Below are positions 34,257-45,210 of a DNA stretch of 64,000 bases, one piece after another (position 1 is the first letter of the stretch; every line of letters starts with the position of its first letter). The translations under genes and the position numbers were made by a program. The DNA is from Picochlorum sp. SENEW3 (lineage: Eukaryota): the NCBI GenBank assembly GCA_034226945.1, contig CP120458.1, positions 806,001 to 870,000 on the forward strand. The letters are read 5' to 3'. The notes beneath the pieces are model-generated. The model searched no databases and was not told the origin of the DNA. It saw nothing but the letters and a program-made list of their open reading frames with translations.

Positions 34257-37200
34257 ATGGAGAGGCCCAACAAGAAGAAGAAGAAGGAGGCAGCTTCTGC
34301 CAAGGTGCGTCCACCGTCATATCAAAACTTGCTCTCTTTGTGCCCATCCACCTATTGATTTTTTGTTGTTTTTATAATTCAGAAACCTCGAGAACGCAAG
34401 GTGATGAAGGAACTCAGAAAGTCAGCAGAGGCACCTGGCCAACAAACTCTCAACAGCTTCCTGCAGCGGACAGGGCGCAGTAGCAATGATGGTGATGATA
34501 GTACTATCCCTAGTGGCACAGAAAATGTGCAAAGAAATGAGCAACAACCACCATCGGTTGCCGCCCAAGCGGTGGTAGAAGAAGAGACTAGATCTCGAAA
34601 TGATCCAGGTATGTTGGTGTTGTGTTGGAGTGGTTTTGGGGTGTTTTTATCACATTTTTTGCTGTTGCAGATGCTGCTGTTCAGGATAATAATAGCAAGC
34701 AAGAAGAGGAGGTGGTGGATCTTACCACTGTTCCAGAGGATCTTCATGATGATGGTATTCCTGAATCTCAGGATGCAGCATCGCATGCTGAGCAAGTGAA
34801 GGAGGACTATGGTGAGAGTGGCATATCACTAATGCAGCAATTGAGGCCACTCCATGCCCCTGTGTCTCAATCTCGAGACGAAAGAGAATCAAGAAGGCCG
34901 GCAATTCAGGGCTGCATGGCACTTGTTTCTCCGGAGCAATTTGAGTCCTTGTGTGCGATCGGGAGGCAGGCAGTGCCAATCACAGTGGACGATGGCTCGA
35001 GTCATCCATATGTAGTGGACGCTCCTCGTCTGATGCGGGGCATGGGGATCCTTGAGAAGACTGCCCTTGCCCATGCAATTTATTCTGATACGACTTGCCA
35101 AGGAACCTTGTTTAGAAAGGAAGAATATCCCTCCCTGGTGTCTTCTTCGTTAGGAATGTTCGTGTGTGTGGAGGACGTCATAGAGTGGATGATGGAGAAC
35201 CTTGATGGTTTCATTCTCGAGGAAGTGAAAGAAGCCTTTCAACAGCAGCAGTTTGGTGCCTTTGTGAGAATGTTACAGAATCAAAACATGCTACATATGA
35301 TGAAGGACATCTACTCTGGGTATATGCGCCCGACTGTCAAAATAGTCGAGCTAAAGATCTCCATCAGTCTGTTTGATCTCATCCTCCACATCAAGGAACC
35401 TGGAGTCTGCAGAATGTACTTGCTGGAGGATGACCATACTGCTGCTCCTAGTCATGTTCCGGGACTTTTTTGTGATTCGCAAGATAATATCCATCTGTAT
35501 TGGTCGCAGCCATGGCCTCTTGGCGTTGTCGATACTGGGTCAAAGGGAGAGCGTCGAGAACCTTTCTCATGCAGTGATGTTCTGGTCATGTCCAATGGTG
35601 TGATATTCTCGCCAGTCTCTGGACGCGTGAGGTATTTTAATATACAGGGACGTATGATGAGCACATTCAACGAATCTGGCAACCAAAATGTCATTGCAGC
35701 AGCTGATGTCGTGCATGCTGCTTTATATGGTATATCAGTGGAGGAGGTGCGAAGGCTTCGCCAAGATAATGAGTGGGAAACCGATCACTGCCCCATCTTT
35801 CACATGAATCACTCGGTTCATTGTGTACGACTCGCGACTCGGAGTCAAAATATGCAGAATCGAATTTTCGGGAGAGCATCAAAGGGGCGTACCACATATT
35901 TCACGGAGAGGGAGGCAGAAAAGAAGTATGGCGAAGGAATCACAACGCCAGGGAACGATCCAGGGCAATGGATTCCAGCGTATCTTGCTCATCACTCATA
36001 TACTTTGAGAGATCTGGCAGAATTTTGTGCAGAGAATCAGGAAATCAGCATCTCTTTGCAGCGCGTGGAGGGTCTCTGGGTTCAAAAAGACACATCCATG
36101 TTGTGTCGGGTACGCAAGGACGACTACTATTTCATCATGCCGGAAGACTGTCCATTATGTGAAAGGGCCGCGTATCCAAGAATAGATACGACTATTGATG
36201 GAGTCTCGCATCCAGTCCGTGTGCACTCGATATTGCACGACTCTATCATGAGGCATACAGATCCAGAGTACAAACGTCCCCTGGTCCAACGCCTCGAGGA
36301 TGGTCAATGTCACATCATGGTGGTGGATCACGTCAATCGGGATAGAAATAATCAGCAATCTACCACCCGTGAAGAGAATCATAGACGAAAGCTGGCGCCA
36401 CGGATTGGGCATCTTGAACTCATATCCATGAGTGAGAATACCAGACGTGCAATTGGAACCTGTGTATCCATTGAGATTGTAGACAAGTCTAGAGACCTGC
36501 AATCTGACGCAGAATGCACTGGTATGGTGGAGATTTTCGGATTCCTGCAAGAGAATATTGCCAATGTTTCAGTAGAGGCTCTCAGGTATTGGTGGGAGAA
36601 TAATTTCGTACATGGCAACGTGGCAGACATCATCAGGCAAAAAGAGATTTCTATAGCAATGAATAATATCCAAGTGGTCCATCATGGGCGTGTCGATGCA
36701 TGCAAGGTGGTGACATTGAAATGTCAGGTGGTTCAGCAGCTCATGTCAGACCATCATGGACCCTCGGCAACCTGGGTGTTTGTATATTTTGGGAATGAGT
36801 ATCAGCAGACAGTTAGATTCACATGCGGTATGAGTGCGTGCAAGGATCTAATGTATCAGCATCAGCCTCTAGGAAAGGACAAGGTAGACGTCACGGATTC
36901 TGCAATGCAGCAGCTGAGGCCAACAGGCGACTGCATTCGTTTCTACAAATGCATCGCTCGTCCACTGAACAAAACGCCCGACAACGAGCGTACATGGCTC
37001 GTGAATGGACATGTTCCCCTGTCAATGATACTTCAAGAAAAGTACGAGGAGATTGCCAATCATTATAAGCGCCCCTGTGGACATCTCCAGACCTACTGCG
37101 ATGCTGCCAAGGAGAAGATAAAAGAGTGTACTGGTGAGATAAACAGGGTTGGTGGAATCTCTTTGAGCAGATGCCGCGAGGGGATTCGCTCTCAACTGCT

Positions 37201-37513
37201 CAGAATGTACAATGAAAAAGTTCGAATCGATCAAGAACAAGCTGGAGGAAGCAACGAGCATACGTCCAAGTGTCGCTCTTGTTTGATGCATGCCATTCAG
37301 CTCATGCCGGCAGAGAATGCACACAAGACCTTTTTGTGGTCCTTGGATGGCTATGAGGGCAAAACGTCTAACAGCAATGGTGCCATTCTAGAATCTATGA
37401 TTCAGAACATCATCAATTACCGAGAAGAGATCTTGGCAATCTGGAATGAAGGCCAGGAGGGCCTGGAAGATGATGTGTGGGACATGGTGACAACCTTGAT
37501 CGTTTCTGGTTAA
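34257..37513 (+). CDS. Large (~1040 aa) protein with two HNH endonuclease-like domains; 2 predicted N-terminal introns (~34305-34382, ~34609-34670)
   Basis: ETDHCPIFHMNHSVHCVRLATRSQNMQNR (~35770-35860) and VRVHSILH...VVDHVNRDRNNQQSTTREEN (~36215-36380); NLS KKKKK; PIP-box-like QQTLNSFL; GT-AG sites keep the frame. Confidence 0.7.
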
Positions 37514-37912
37514 ACAAGATCAAGAGGGCATGGGTAGGACTTTTTTTTTAAATCATACTACAATCAGTACTATTCATACAGAATTTTGTAATCATTATAT
37601 CCAAAAGAGTAGTAGGATGAGTAAGAAGGATGAATCCTTTTTCAGTATTGTCCTACCACCGAAAAATAAAAAAGATCCGGATGTGTTCTTTCATTAACAT
37701 CGATTAGAGATGCTTTGTCCTGATTTCTGACAAAATATTAGCCGCCTCGATTTCAGATATGGGGGACATCACCTCTTGGGGATGACCAGGAAACTGTTCA
37801 GACACGGTGGCATCGGATGATGAGCAATCAGGATCTCGCGTGCCTCCTGCCGTAGGCTCAACCAGCTTTTGTCTCTTGTTGTTCGGTAAAACAGAGTCGG
37901 GTGAACCATGAA
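36852..37912 (+). repeat. Direct repeat R1 copy 1 (HNH gene 3' end, intergenic spacer, tail of convergent gene)
   Basis: Near-identical to 39828-40929 apart from a few SNPs and one ~40-bp indel. Confidence 0.95.
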
Positions 37913-39029
37913 CGTGATTGTTGCCTTGTCCTGCTGCTGATGTGTCACCATCACCATCTCCTCCACCTATTGATCGCACCAGACACGATGCATGGCGTGG
38001 CTCCTTCTTGCCATCCACAAGATCCAATGGCCTCTGTCTCTTACTACTCCTTTTCACAAAATCCCAAAAGTCCTGGTCTGGACGAGGGTGGCTAGGCTCT
38101 ACGCCATGTCCTAGGGACGAGACCATCCCCATCAAATCTATGGTTTGATTCTCCTGCCATGGCTGTGGCAAAACCGAATTGGGGGATCCATCAGAGGTAT
38201 CTCCCTGTTCTGTTACGTCACCACCAGCTGCCTCTCTTCTTGGCCGTACCGAACGCACAGCATGCTGTAGTGTGTCGCCATCAAGACCTGATGCTGTCTG
38301 TCTCTTTTCATTACGACTGGATGGGCCTGCATCTCCTCGTGGATTGGTAGCCGTTTCCCTGCGTTTATTTGAGATGGGGATCACTTTAGCTGCTGCCATC
38401 AATGAGATCTGTGCATCCCTAAGGGTTTTGTCTCCAACCGCTCTACTAAAGCTCTTATGTAAATCTCGCTTCAGCAGCTTCCAGTTCTCATTATCTGCGA
38501 GATCCTCATCGCTAGCCCTACACTGGATGTAGGCACACACCTGGACACGTACGCATACCCGTGCTCTAGGTGTTATTTCTTGCGTGGTTGCCCCCACCTG
38601 TTTCGACGCCTCATACACCACCGAAACATCCTGAATGATTTTCTCGTCCTCGGAAAAGAACTGCTGCAGTAACATGTTGAGACACTTGGGCGACACAATA
38701 AAAAAAGAGTGGATTGTTGTGCTCTGCTTCCCCACTCTGTCTGGACAGACGACATGTTCGATACCATCAAAGTGCCTCTTCACTATTGCTGTGACCCTCT
38801 GGTTGATAATATTCCGTTTCATTTCCTTTGGAGTGACGAGTGTATAATGGACAAGCGGCAGTCGTTCATCTTCTAGAAGACTATATTCTATAATGGTCTT
38901 TTGAAATCCACCATCAATCTCACCGTCCTCACATGCCGCCGATATTTTCTGAATCAGTTCGATTCCGCCATCCTCGGATTTTTTTTCACATATGTGCCAG
39001 AAACGTTCAAGTTCTCCGTGATCGGCCAT
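37704..39029 (-). CDS. Orphan protein B (paralog of 40721-41623)
   Basis: ~440-aa open frame from MADHGEL; shares RLP..H, H.VCP, HSFF and an identical ~68-aa C-terminus with B'. Confidence 0.65.
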   Translation of the reverse strand: MADHGELERFWHICEKKSEDGGIELIQKISAACEDGEIDGGFQKTIIEYSLLEDERLPLVHYTLVTPKEMKRNIINQRVTAIVKRHFDGIEHVVCPDRVGKQSTTIHSFFIVSPKCLNMLLQQFFSEDEKIIQDVSVVYEASKQVGATTQEITPRARVCVRVQVCAYIQCRASDEDLADNENWKLLKRDLHKSFSRAVGDKTLRDAQISLMAAAKVIPISNKRRETATNPRGDAGPSSRNEKRQTASGLDGDTLQHAVRSVRPRREAAGGDVTEQGDTSDGSPNSVLPQPWQENQTIDLMGMVSSLGHGVEPSHPRPDQDFWDFVKRSSKRQRPLDLVDGKKEPRHASCLVRSIGGGDGDGDTSAAGQGNNHVHGSPDSVLPNNKRQKLVEPTAGGTRDPDCSSSDATVSEQFPGHPQEVMSPISEIEAANILSEIRTKHL

Positions 39030-39188
39030 GGCTTGTTCGTTGTTCTTTCTCGGTTTTGGTTTGGCAAGTTTCAAAACAAAAACTAAAAGCACCCGCGACT
39101 GTTACGCGACCTTGAGATTATTCTCTGCATATCAATAATAGATATAACACCTATAAATCATGATAGAACGATGGAACAAGAGCCGAAT

Positions 39189-39706
39189 TGACAGAATTGT
39201 CGATTCAAGCTAATCAACGACAACAAGATGTCTCCGGCACCTCGATACAGTCAAAACCGTTCGTGGTAACACTTTCTAGCGAATTATATACAGAAATAAA
39301 GTATATGCGCATGGCAACAATGACATATAACAGCACGTACAAGAGTTTCGAATCCAGGTTGACGACTTGCTACGGTTGACTACTCTTCTCGATATTCTCC
39401 TCTCTGATGAAAAGAAGATATGATAGTCAGTACCTATATTTATAGAGAATTGGAATTCTATTCTTATTACGTCCAAGGTCGAATTCATTTCAAAGAAATG
39501 CTGCGTTTTCTCCATTTTTGAAAATGTTCTTAATGTTCCATACCGTATGTAGTACATGTATGGACATTTGGCAACAGCACTCATACCACGATAGTATCCT
39601 GGTATTAAATTCTATATATATTATTCATTTGACATACTGCTCAGTAAAATGGTAAAGAAGAGAAACGGTAAAAGAGGACCCCGCCGAAAAAGGAAACACG
39701 TCCTTC
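39189..39706 (+). repeat. Direct repeat R2 copy 1 (divergent promoter region plus start of a basic ORF)
   Basis: Highly similar to 41782-42380, with indels. Confidence 0.93.
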
Positions 39707-39827
39707 CGAAGGAGGGACTCTGAGTCAGAGTACCTCGGCAGTACCTCGGCACTCGCGCAACCGAGAGGCTTGAAGATATCGCCGCAACGAAAGATTTCTG
39801 GAGTCTTGTACTAGCAGGCTATACTAC

Positions 39828-40489
39828 TGTATCAGCATCAGCCTCTAGGAAAAGACAAGGTAGACGTCACAGATTCTGCAATGGAGCAGCTGAGGCCAAC
39901 AGGCAACTGCATTCGTTTCTACAAATGCATCGCTCGTCCACTGAACAAAACGCCCAACAACGAGCGTACATGGCTCGTGAATGGACATGTTCCCCTGTCA
40001 ATGATACTTCAAGAAAAGTACGAGGAGATTGCCAATCATTATAAGCGCCCCTGTGGACATCTCCAGACCTACTGCGATGCTGCCAAGGAGAAGATAAAAG
40101 AGTGTACTGGTGAGATAAACAGGGTTGGTGGAATCTCTTTGAGCAGATGCCGCGAGGGGATTCGCTCTCAACTGCTCAGAATGTACAATGAAAAAGTTCG
40201 AATCGATCAAGAACAAGCTGGAGGAAGCAACGAGCATATGTCCAAGTGTCGCTCTTGTTTGATGCATGCCATTCAGCTCATGCCGGCAGAGAATGCACAC
40301 AAGACCTTTTTGTGGTCCTTGGATGGCTATGAGGGCAAAACGTCTAACAGCAATGGTGCCATTCTAGAATCTATGATTCAGAACATCATCAATTACCGAG
40401 AAGAGATCTTGGCAATCTGGAATGAAGGCCAGGAGGGCCTGGAAGATGATGTGTGGGACATGGTGACAACCTTGATCGTTTCTGGTTAA
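39828..40489 (+). pseudogene. 5'-truncated duplicate of the HNH gene C-terminus
   Basis: The 202-aa ORF nearly matches the last ~200 aa of the 34257-37513 product; it lacks both HNH domains and any upstream exons. Confidence 0.85.
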
Positions 40490-40929
40490 ACAAGATCAAG
40501 AGGGCATGGGTAGGACTTTTTTTTTAAATCATACTACAATCAGTACTATTCATACAGAATTTTGTAATCATTATATCCAAAAGAGTAGTAGGATGAGTAA
40601 GAAGGATGAATCCTTTTTTAGTGCCACAGTTTGCCTTTTAAAAGGGTGACAATAAGAAATCTTGTTGTTTACCACCGAAAAATAAAAAAAGATCCGGATG
40701 TGTTCTTTCATTAACATCGATTAGAGATGCTTTGTCCTGATTTCTGACAAAATATTAGCCGCCTCGATTTCAGATATGGGGGACATCACCTCTTGGGGAT
40801 GACCAGGAAACTGTTCAGACACGGTGGCATCGGATGATGAGCAATCAGGATCTCGCGTGCCTCCTGCCGTAGGCTCAACCAGCTTTTGTCTCTTGTTGTT
40901 CGGTAAAACAGAGTCGGGTGAACCATGAA
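39828..40929 (+). repeat. Direct repeat R1 copy 2
   Basis: Copy of 36852-37912 (offset 2976-3017). Confidence 0.95.
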
Positions 40930-41623
40930 AGTCACCACTGCGTTTGCATTGGGTAACCATGCCATGCTCTTCTGGATTGGCAAGGTTTGCTGTTAAATCT
41001 CGTGGTTGCCTCAAGTTTGACCGGTATTTTGCAATGGCTTTTTCCATAATACATCTCTGCGCATGGCCCAGACCATTCCTCTTTCCCTTATAGTCACCTA
41101 AACTGTCGCGTAGGGCATCCACCACGGCAAGAAAGTCATCGCCAAGTGCCCGAGCATCTGCGTTGAATAGGATGAAAGAATACAGCAGAACACGTGCGCA
41201 TTTTCGCTGGGTAGCTGTCATCTTCGTACAGGTACTTTTCGATAGCTCCGAATACACCTGAGAAATGTGCTGCGTATCGTTGGGCAAGGATTGCGTCAGC
41301 GAAGATTCGAGATCCGTATGCACAAACACAAAAAATGAGTGCTCATGGCTGGCTCCTTTCGATGCTTCCGGACACACGAGATGGCTCCACAGATCCTCAC
41401 TGAGTGCGCTTTTGTAACCTGAAGTGACCGTTTTCACATCAACGCCCTCTGGAAAGATGATTTTCTGGTGGAGAAATGGCAGTCGTGCTCTTTGGGGAAG
41501 GCCAAACATGCGTCTGGTATAATGATCAGATCCACCTTGGATCTCGCCCCGCAGCCTGATCCCCTCCAGAGATAATATCTCGTGGAATGTTTCGCTGCAG
41601 ATGATGGTGTTGGTGTTGGCCAT
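40721..41623 (-). CDS. Orphan protein B' (divergent paralog of B)
   Basis: ~300-aa open frame from MANTNT; homologous blocks GEI.GG, RLPFLH, HLVCP, HEHSFF, R.CARV. Confidence 0.65.
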   Translation of the reverse strand: MANTNTIICSETFHEILSLEGIRLRGEIQGGSDHYTRRMFGLPQRARLPFLHQKIIFPEGVDVKTVTSGYKSALSEDLWSHLVCPEASKGASHEHSFFVFVHTDLESSLTQSLPNDTQHISQVYSELSKSTCTKMTATQRKCARVLLYSFILFNADARALGDDFLAVVDALRDSLGDYKGKRNGLGHAQRCIMEKAIAKYRSNLRQPRDLTANLANPEEHGMVTQCKRSGDFHGSPDSVLPNNKRQKLVEPTAGGTRDPDCSSSDATVSEQFPGHPQEVMSPISEIEAANILSEIRTKHL

Positions 41624-41781
41624 GGTTTGTTCGTTCGTTTGCCACCCAAAAAGTAAAAAAGAAAGCAAGAAAATCCAGAAAGAAAAGCACCCTGTACCCT
41701 GCCTCTATATCCTCTGCATATCGCGAGCAACAACATATATATAAGCCATATCATCTAAATACGGGATCACAGGCGTGGTTG

Positions 41782-42380
41782 TGACAGAATTGTCGATTCA
41801 AGCTAATCAACTCCTTCAAGATGTCTCCGGCACCTCGATACAGTCAAAACCGTTCGTGGTAACACTCTCTAGCGAATTATATACAGAAATAAAGTATATG
41901 AGCATGGCAACAATGACATATAACAGCACGTACAAGAGTTTCGAATCCAGGTTGACGACTTGCTACGGTTGACTACTACGATATTCTCCTCTCTGATGAA
42001 AAGAAGATATGATAGTCAGTACCTATATTTATAGAGAATTGGAATTCTATTCTTATTACGTCCAAGGTCTTGAAATTCATTTCAAGGAAAAGCTGCGTTT
42101 TCTGAAAATGTTCTTAATGTTTCATCTACGGACTTGCTTCGAAGCATTTGAATTCAAATACGCCAAACTTTGAGGATTGCCGTTGTTAACTACCTCATCG
42201 TCTGAACATTTGGCAACAGCACTCATACCACGATAGTATCCTCGCATTAAATTCTATATATATTATTCATTTGACATACTGCTCCCAAGAACAGTATATA
42301 TACCGTACTGCTCAGTAAAATGGTAAGAAAGAAGAGAAACGGTAAAAGAGGACCCCGCCGAAAAAGGAAACACGTCCTTC
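41782..42380 (+). repeat. Direct repeat R2 copy 2
   Basis: Copy of 39189-39706. Confidence 0.93.
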
Positions 42381-42453
42381 AGAGGGGCAAAATTGAGATG
42401 AAGATGAATTTTAAAAGGGTATTGGTAAGAAATAACAGTGTTGTCGCCGACAA

Positions 42454-43689
42454 TTGCGACCGAAAACATTCATCAAACACATGGACAGTGCATGTTGCCC
42501 GAAAGAAAACCAACCGCTACGGGAGAATCTAGCTACTGACACAGAAAATTATAATGAAGAATCCGGAGCGAATGCCATTGGCGAGGACGCTGTGGATGGA
42601 TCAGTCTCAGACACTCCTCTTGAAGAAGAGGACGTTCGAGATATCCAAAATCCCAATGCATGCTGGAAGAAGCACAGAATCAGACACATTGTGAAAGAGT
42701 ACTGCCCGAGAGTGGTTGTTCAGGGGGAACATTATGGGATATTTGTGACACCCGAGTCAAAAAAGGATTTCGATAGTTCATGTGATTTTGCATATGAGAG
42801 AATGGCGATTGCTTTGATTGAGGACGCAAGAGCTCACAAGTACGATTCGACATGGTCCCAGGAACAAGCAAGATTGTACGTCGATCTGGGTACACATGTT
42901 GCACCATTTGATTGTATTTTTTTCATGTGTAGGACCATCCATGGCTGGAATTATGCCATCAGACAAGCGGACAGCAGGGAGAGGAGGAGTCATCTCATGA
43001 AGGAGTTGATGTCAAGTGCAGAGAAATGGCGGCAAAAGTGGGATTCACGCGATGAAGACGGACGTAGTACGTCACGTATATGGGCAGAAGAAGTTCTGAC
43101 GTACCCACACAAGGATCTGATTCTGTCTCGAAGAGGAAAGACAAAAGCCACCCAAAGATCCAAACGCATGCATACTGGTGGTAATCATGATCTGATAAGG
43201 AACATGCACTCCTTGCTTACTGATCAGCAGTCAAGAACAGAACGTGAAATACAGACACATTCCAGAATACTCTGGACCCCTGAGCAGGACAATTTGCTTG
43301 CTAATACGTTCCTTGAGCTGTCGGAAAAATATTCAGAGGACAGAATATTTATCGAAGTCGCGAAACGAACGTTTCAGTACGTGCCCTTGGTTCGGGAAGG
43401 GGAGAAGGGAGATTTAAGAAAGGCAGCAGACAGAGTTCGATCACGTTGGTGTGTGATTACCTATCATGTCATGGGCTTGAACAAGAGAGAAAAGATGACA
43501 TTCAGTGAAGATATGAAATCAAGAATAGTGGACAATATGAGGAATTATAAAGTTTTCGCAAAGGACAAACAAAAGAAGGAAAAGGTTGAACAAAAGCTGC
43601 ATGAGTTGATGGATTCAAACATTCCCCAGCTGCATGAGTTGAGGAGGTCAACTGATGCAATTTCCGAGAGAAATGATCAAGCTCGATGA
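42454..43689 (+). CDS. Orphan protein with a Myb/SANT-like domain (start uncertain; possible ATG|GTAAGA exon at 42320)
   Basis: WTPEQDNLL...FIEVAK...RKAADRVRSRW fits the Myb W-x-E-D..L / IA / R.RW pattern; 411-aa open frame. Confidence 0.6.
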   Translation: MRPKTFIKHMDSACCPKENQPLRENLATDTENYNEESGANAIGEDAVDGSVSDTPLEEEDVRDIQNPNACWKKHRIRHIVKEYCPRVVVQGEHYGIFVTPESKKDFDSSCDFAYERMAIALIEDARAHKYDSTWSQEQARLYVDLGTHVAPFDCIFFMCRTIHGWNYAIRQADSRERRSHLMKELMSSAEKWRQKWDSRDEDGRSTSRIWAEEVLTYPHKDLILSRRGKTKATQRSKRMHTGGNHDLIRNMHSLLTDQQSRTEREIQTHSRILWTPEQDNLLANTFLELSEKYSEDRIFIEVAKRTFQYVPLVREGEKGDLRKAADRVRSRWCVITYHVMGLNKREKMTFSEDMKSRIVDNMRNYKVFAKDKQKKEKVEQKLHELMDSNIPQLHELRRSTDAISERNDQAR

Positions 43690-43743
43690 ATAACTATTAC
43701 AGTTATTCATTCAATCAGGAGGTCTGTCGTATATACGAGAGAG

Positions 43744-45068
43744 ATGGAGTCCACGTTGCCGGTGGTATTCAAAACCTATCTTCGCAATCTGATTGAGAAG
43801 CGCGATAACCGGGTGGACGATATCAAAGGGACAATAATGCAAAATTTTGCTCTAGGTAACGCCATTCGATTCTTAGATGAGGCGTCAAGATCGCCTAGTT
43901 TGGATATCACCCTGCAGACCAAATACACACAGGTTCTTGAGTCTTTGAGAAGCCAGATGCCGACAGAGCGGGCTGGATTTATTTCCAACATGAATATAAA
44001 TAACACGCATATACAAAACATGGTCGTGAATGGGCATCTGACGCCTGCGGCTGCGGAAATACACACACCCAGCCTTGCAGAGTATGGGGAAAGGCCAAAC
44101 GAAGTACGATACTACATCATCACCTGATCTATTCCAGAGTTATTTGGTATCATGCCCTATGCAGGATACCAGCCGACTCACTCGATTTGTGCTTGAATAC
44201 CTTGGTAAGCACGGGAAATACAAGGAGCCAGCAGAGCCACTCCGCGATGGCAATTTGAATGGAAAGGTGAAAGCCATTCTGCCAGGACACCAGCGCCTCC
44301 CTTTAGCCACGGTGTATTGTGATAGGCATGGCCTAGATGGAAGAGAGAATGCAGTGGTTGCTCAAATTGTCAAGTGCGTACCAAGAAATGTGTTAGATAA
44401 CTGCCTACCCCCCTAGCACTGACATGGCTTTTCCCTACAGGATACTCGATGGACTTGAGAATCAAATTGAGAACAAATCGATGGAGCAAAAGAAGTTCAT
44501 CACGGTTTATAAGGAGTGGTTCCCATTCGAGAATTGGGATCCTGCAGAGATTGTATCAAATTGGGATGGTGTTGGAGGGCAAGTGACAACGAGCAACGTC
44601 TCAGACCAGCATCCAATAGTGCCACTCCGAGAAGACTCATTACGAGTACGGTATCACATTCTTCGGCAGAATGATGACTCCAGATACAACAGAGTAGCAG
44701 AGTGTGAGATGGCCTGTTACAGTAGGGAGGAATGTGTGTGCCCTGAGGGATGTGTTCTTGTATCTGTGACAAGGGTCATTCCAGATGGAGACGATAATGT
44801 CGTAGAAGACCATTCAGTGATTGATTTTGAGCCAAGTGATGAGCACAAGGCGTTCATGGACAGCGAACTGACACTACATGCCACAGTACAGTATGTACAT
44901 GTTGTCACTGTTATTATTATTTTCTCTGTCTGGTCGCAAGATAAGTCATACAATGTGCTATGCAGGTGGCCATATAAACTTGTGATACCAATCCCTGAAA
45001 CAGTTGGGGAGATACGGGAAAGGATGCGGCTCGAGAAGGTAAAAAGAAAAAAAACTTCAGAAATCTGA
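43744..45068 (+). CDS. Orphan multi-exon gene, possibly the spliced continuation of the Myb-like ORF
   Basis: Three consecutive ORFs joined by GT-AG introns (~44104-44164, ~44374-44440, ~44891-44965). Confidence 0.5.
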
Positions 45069-45210
45069 TTGAGCCAACCGTGGCCAGGGAGGACATCACC
45101 CCGAGAAGAGCAAGAAGAAGAATGCGGCGAGATCAAGATCTCGTTTATTTAGGAGAATTCGAAATTCACCATATTATACTCCAAAACAAACAAAATACAT
45201 AAATAATACC

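Noticed and set aside
39345..39360. B-box-like GTTTCGAATCC in repeat R2 (also at ~41938)
   Set aside because: No T-stem pairing, acceptor stem or A box nearby; not a tRNA or tRNA half.
34257..45068. Calling the island a Polinton, virophage or NCLDV insertion
   Set aside because: No polymerase B, capsid, packaging ATPase, integrase or terminal inverted repeats were recognised.
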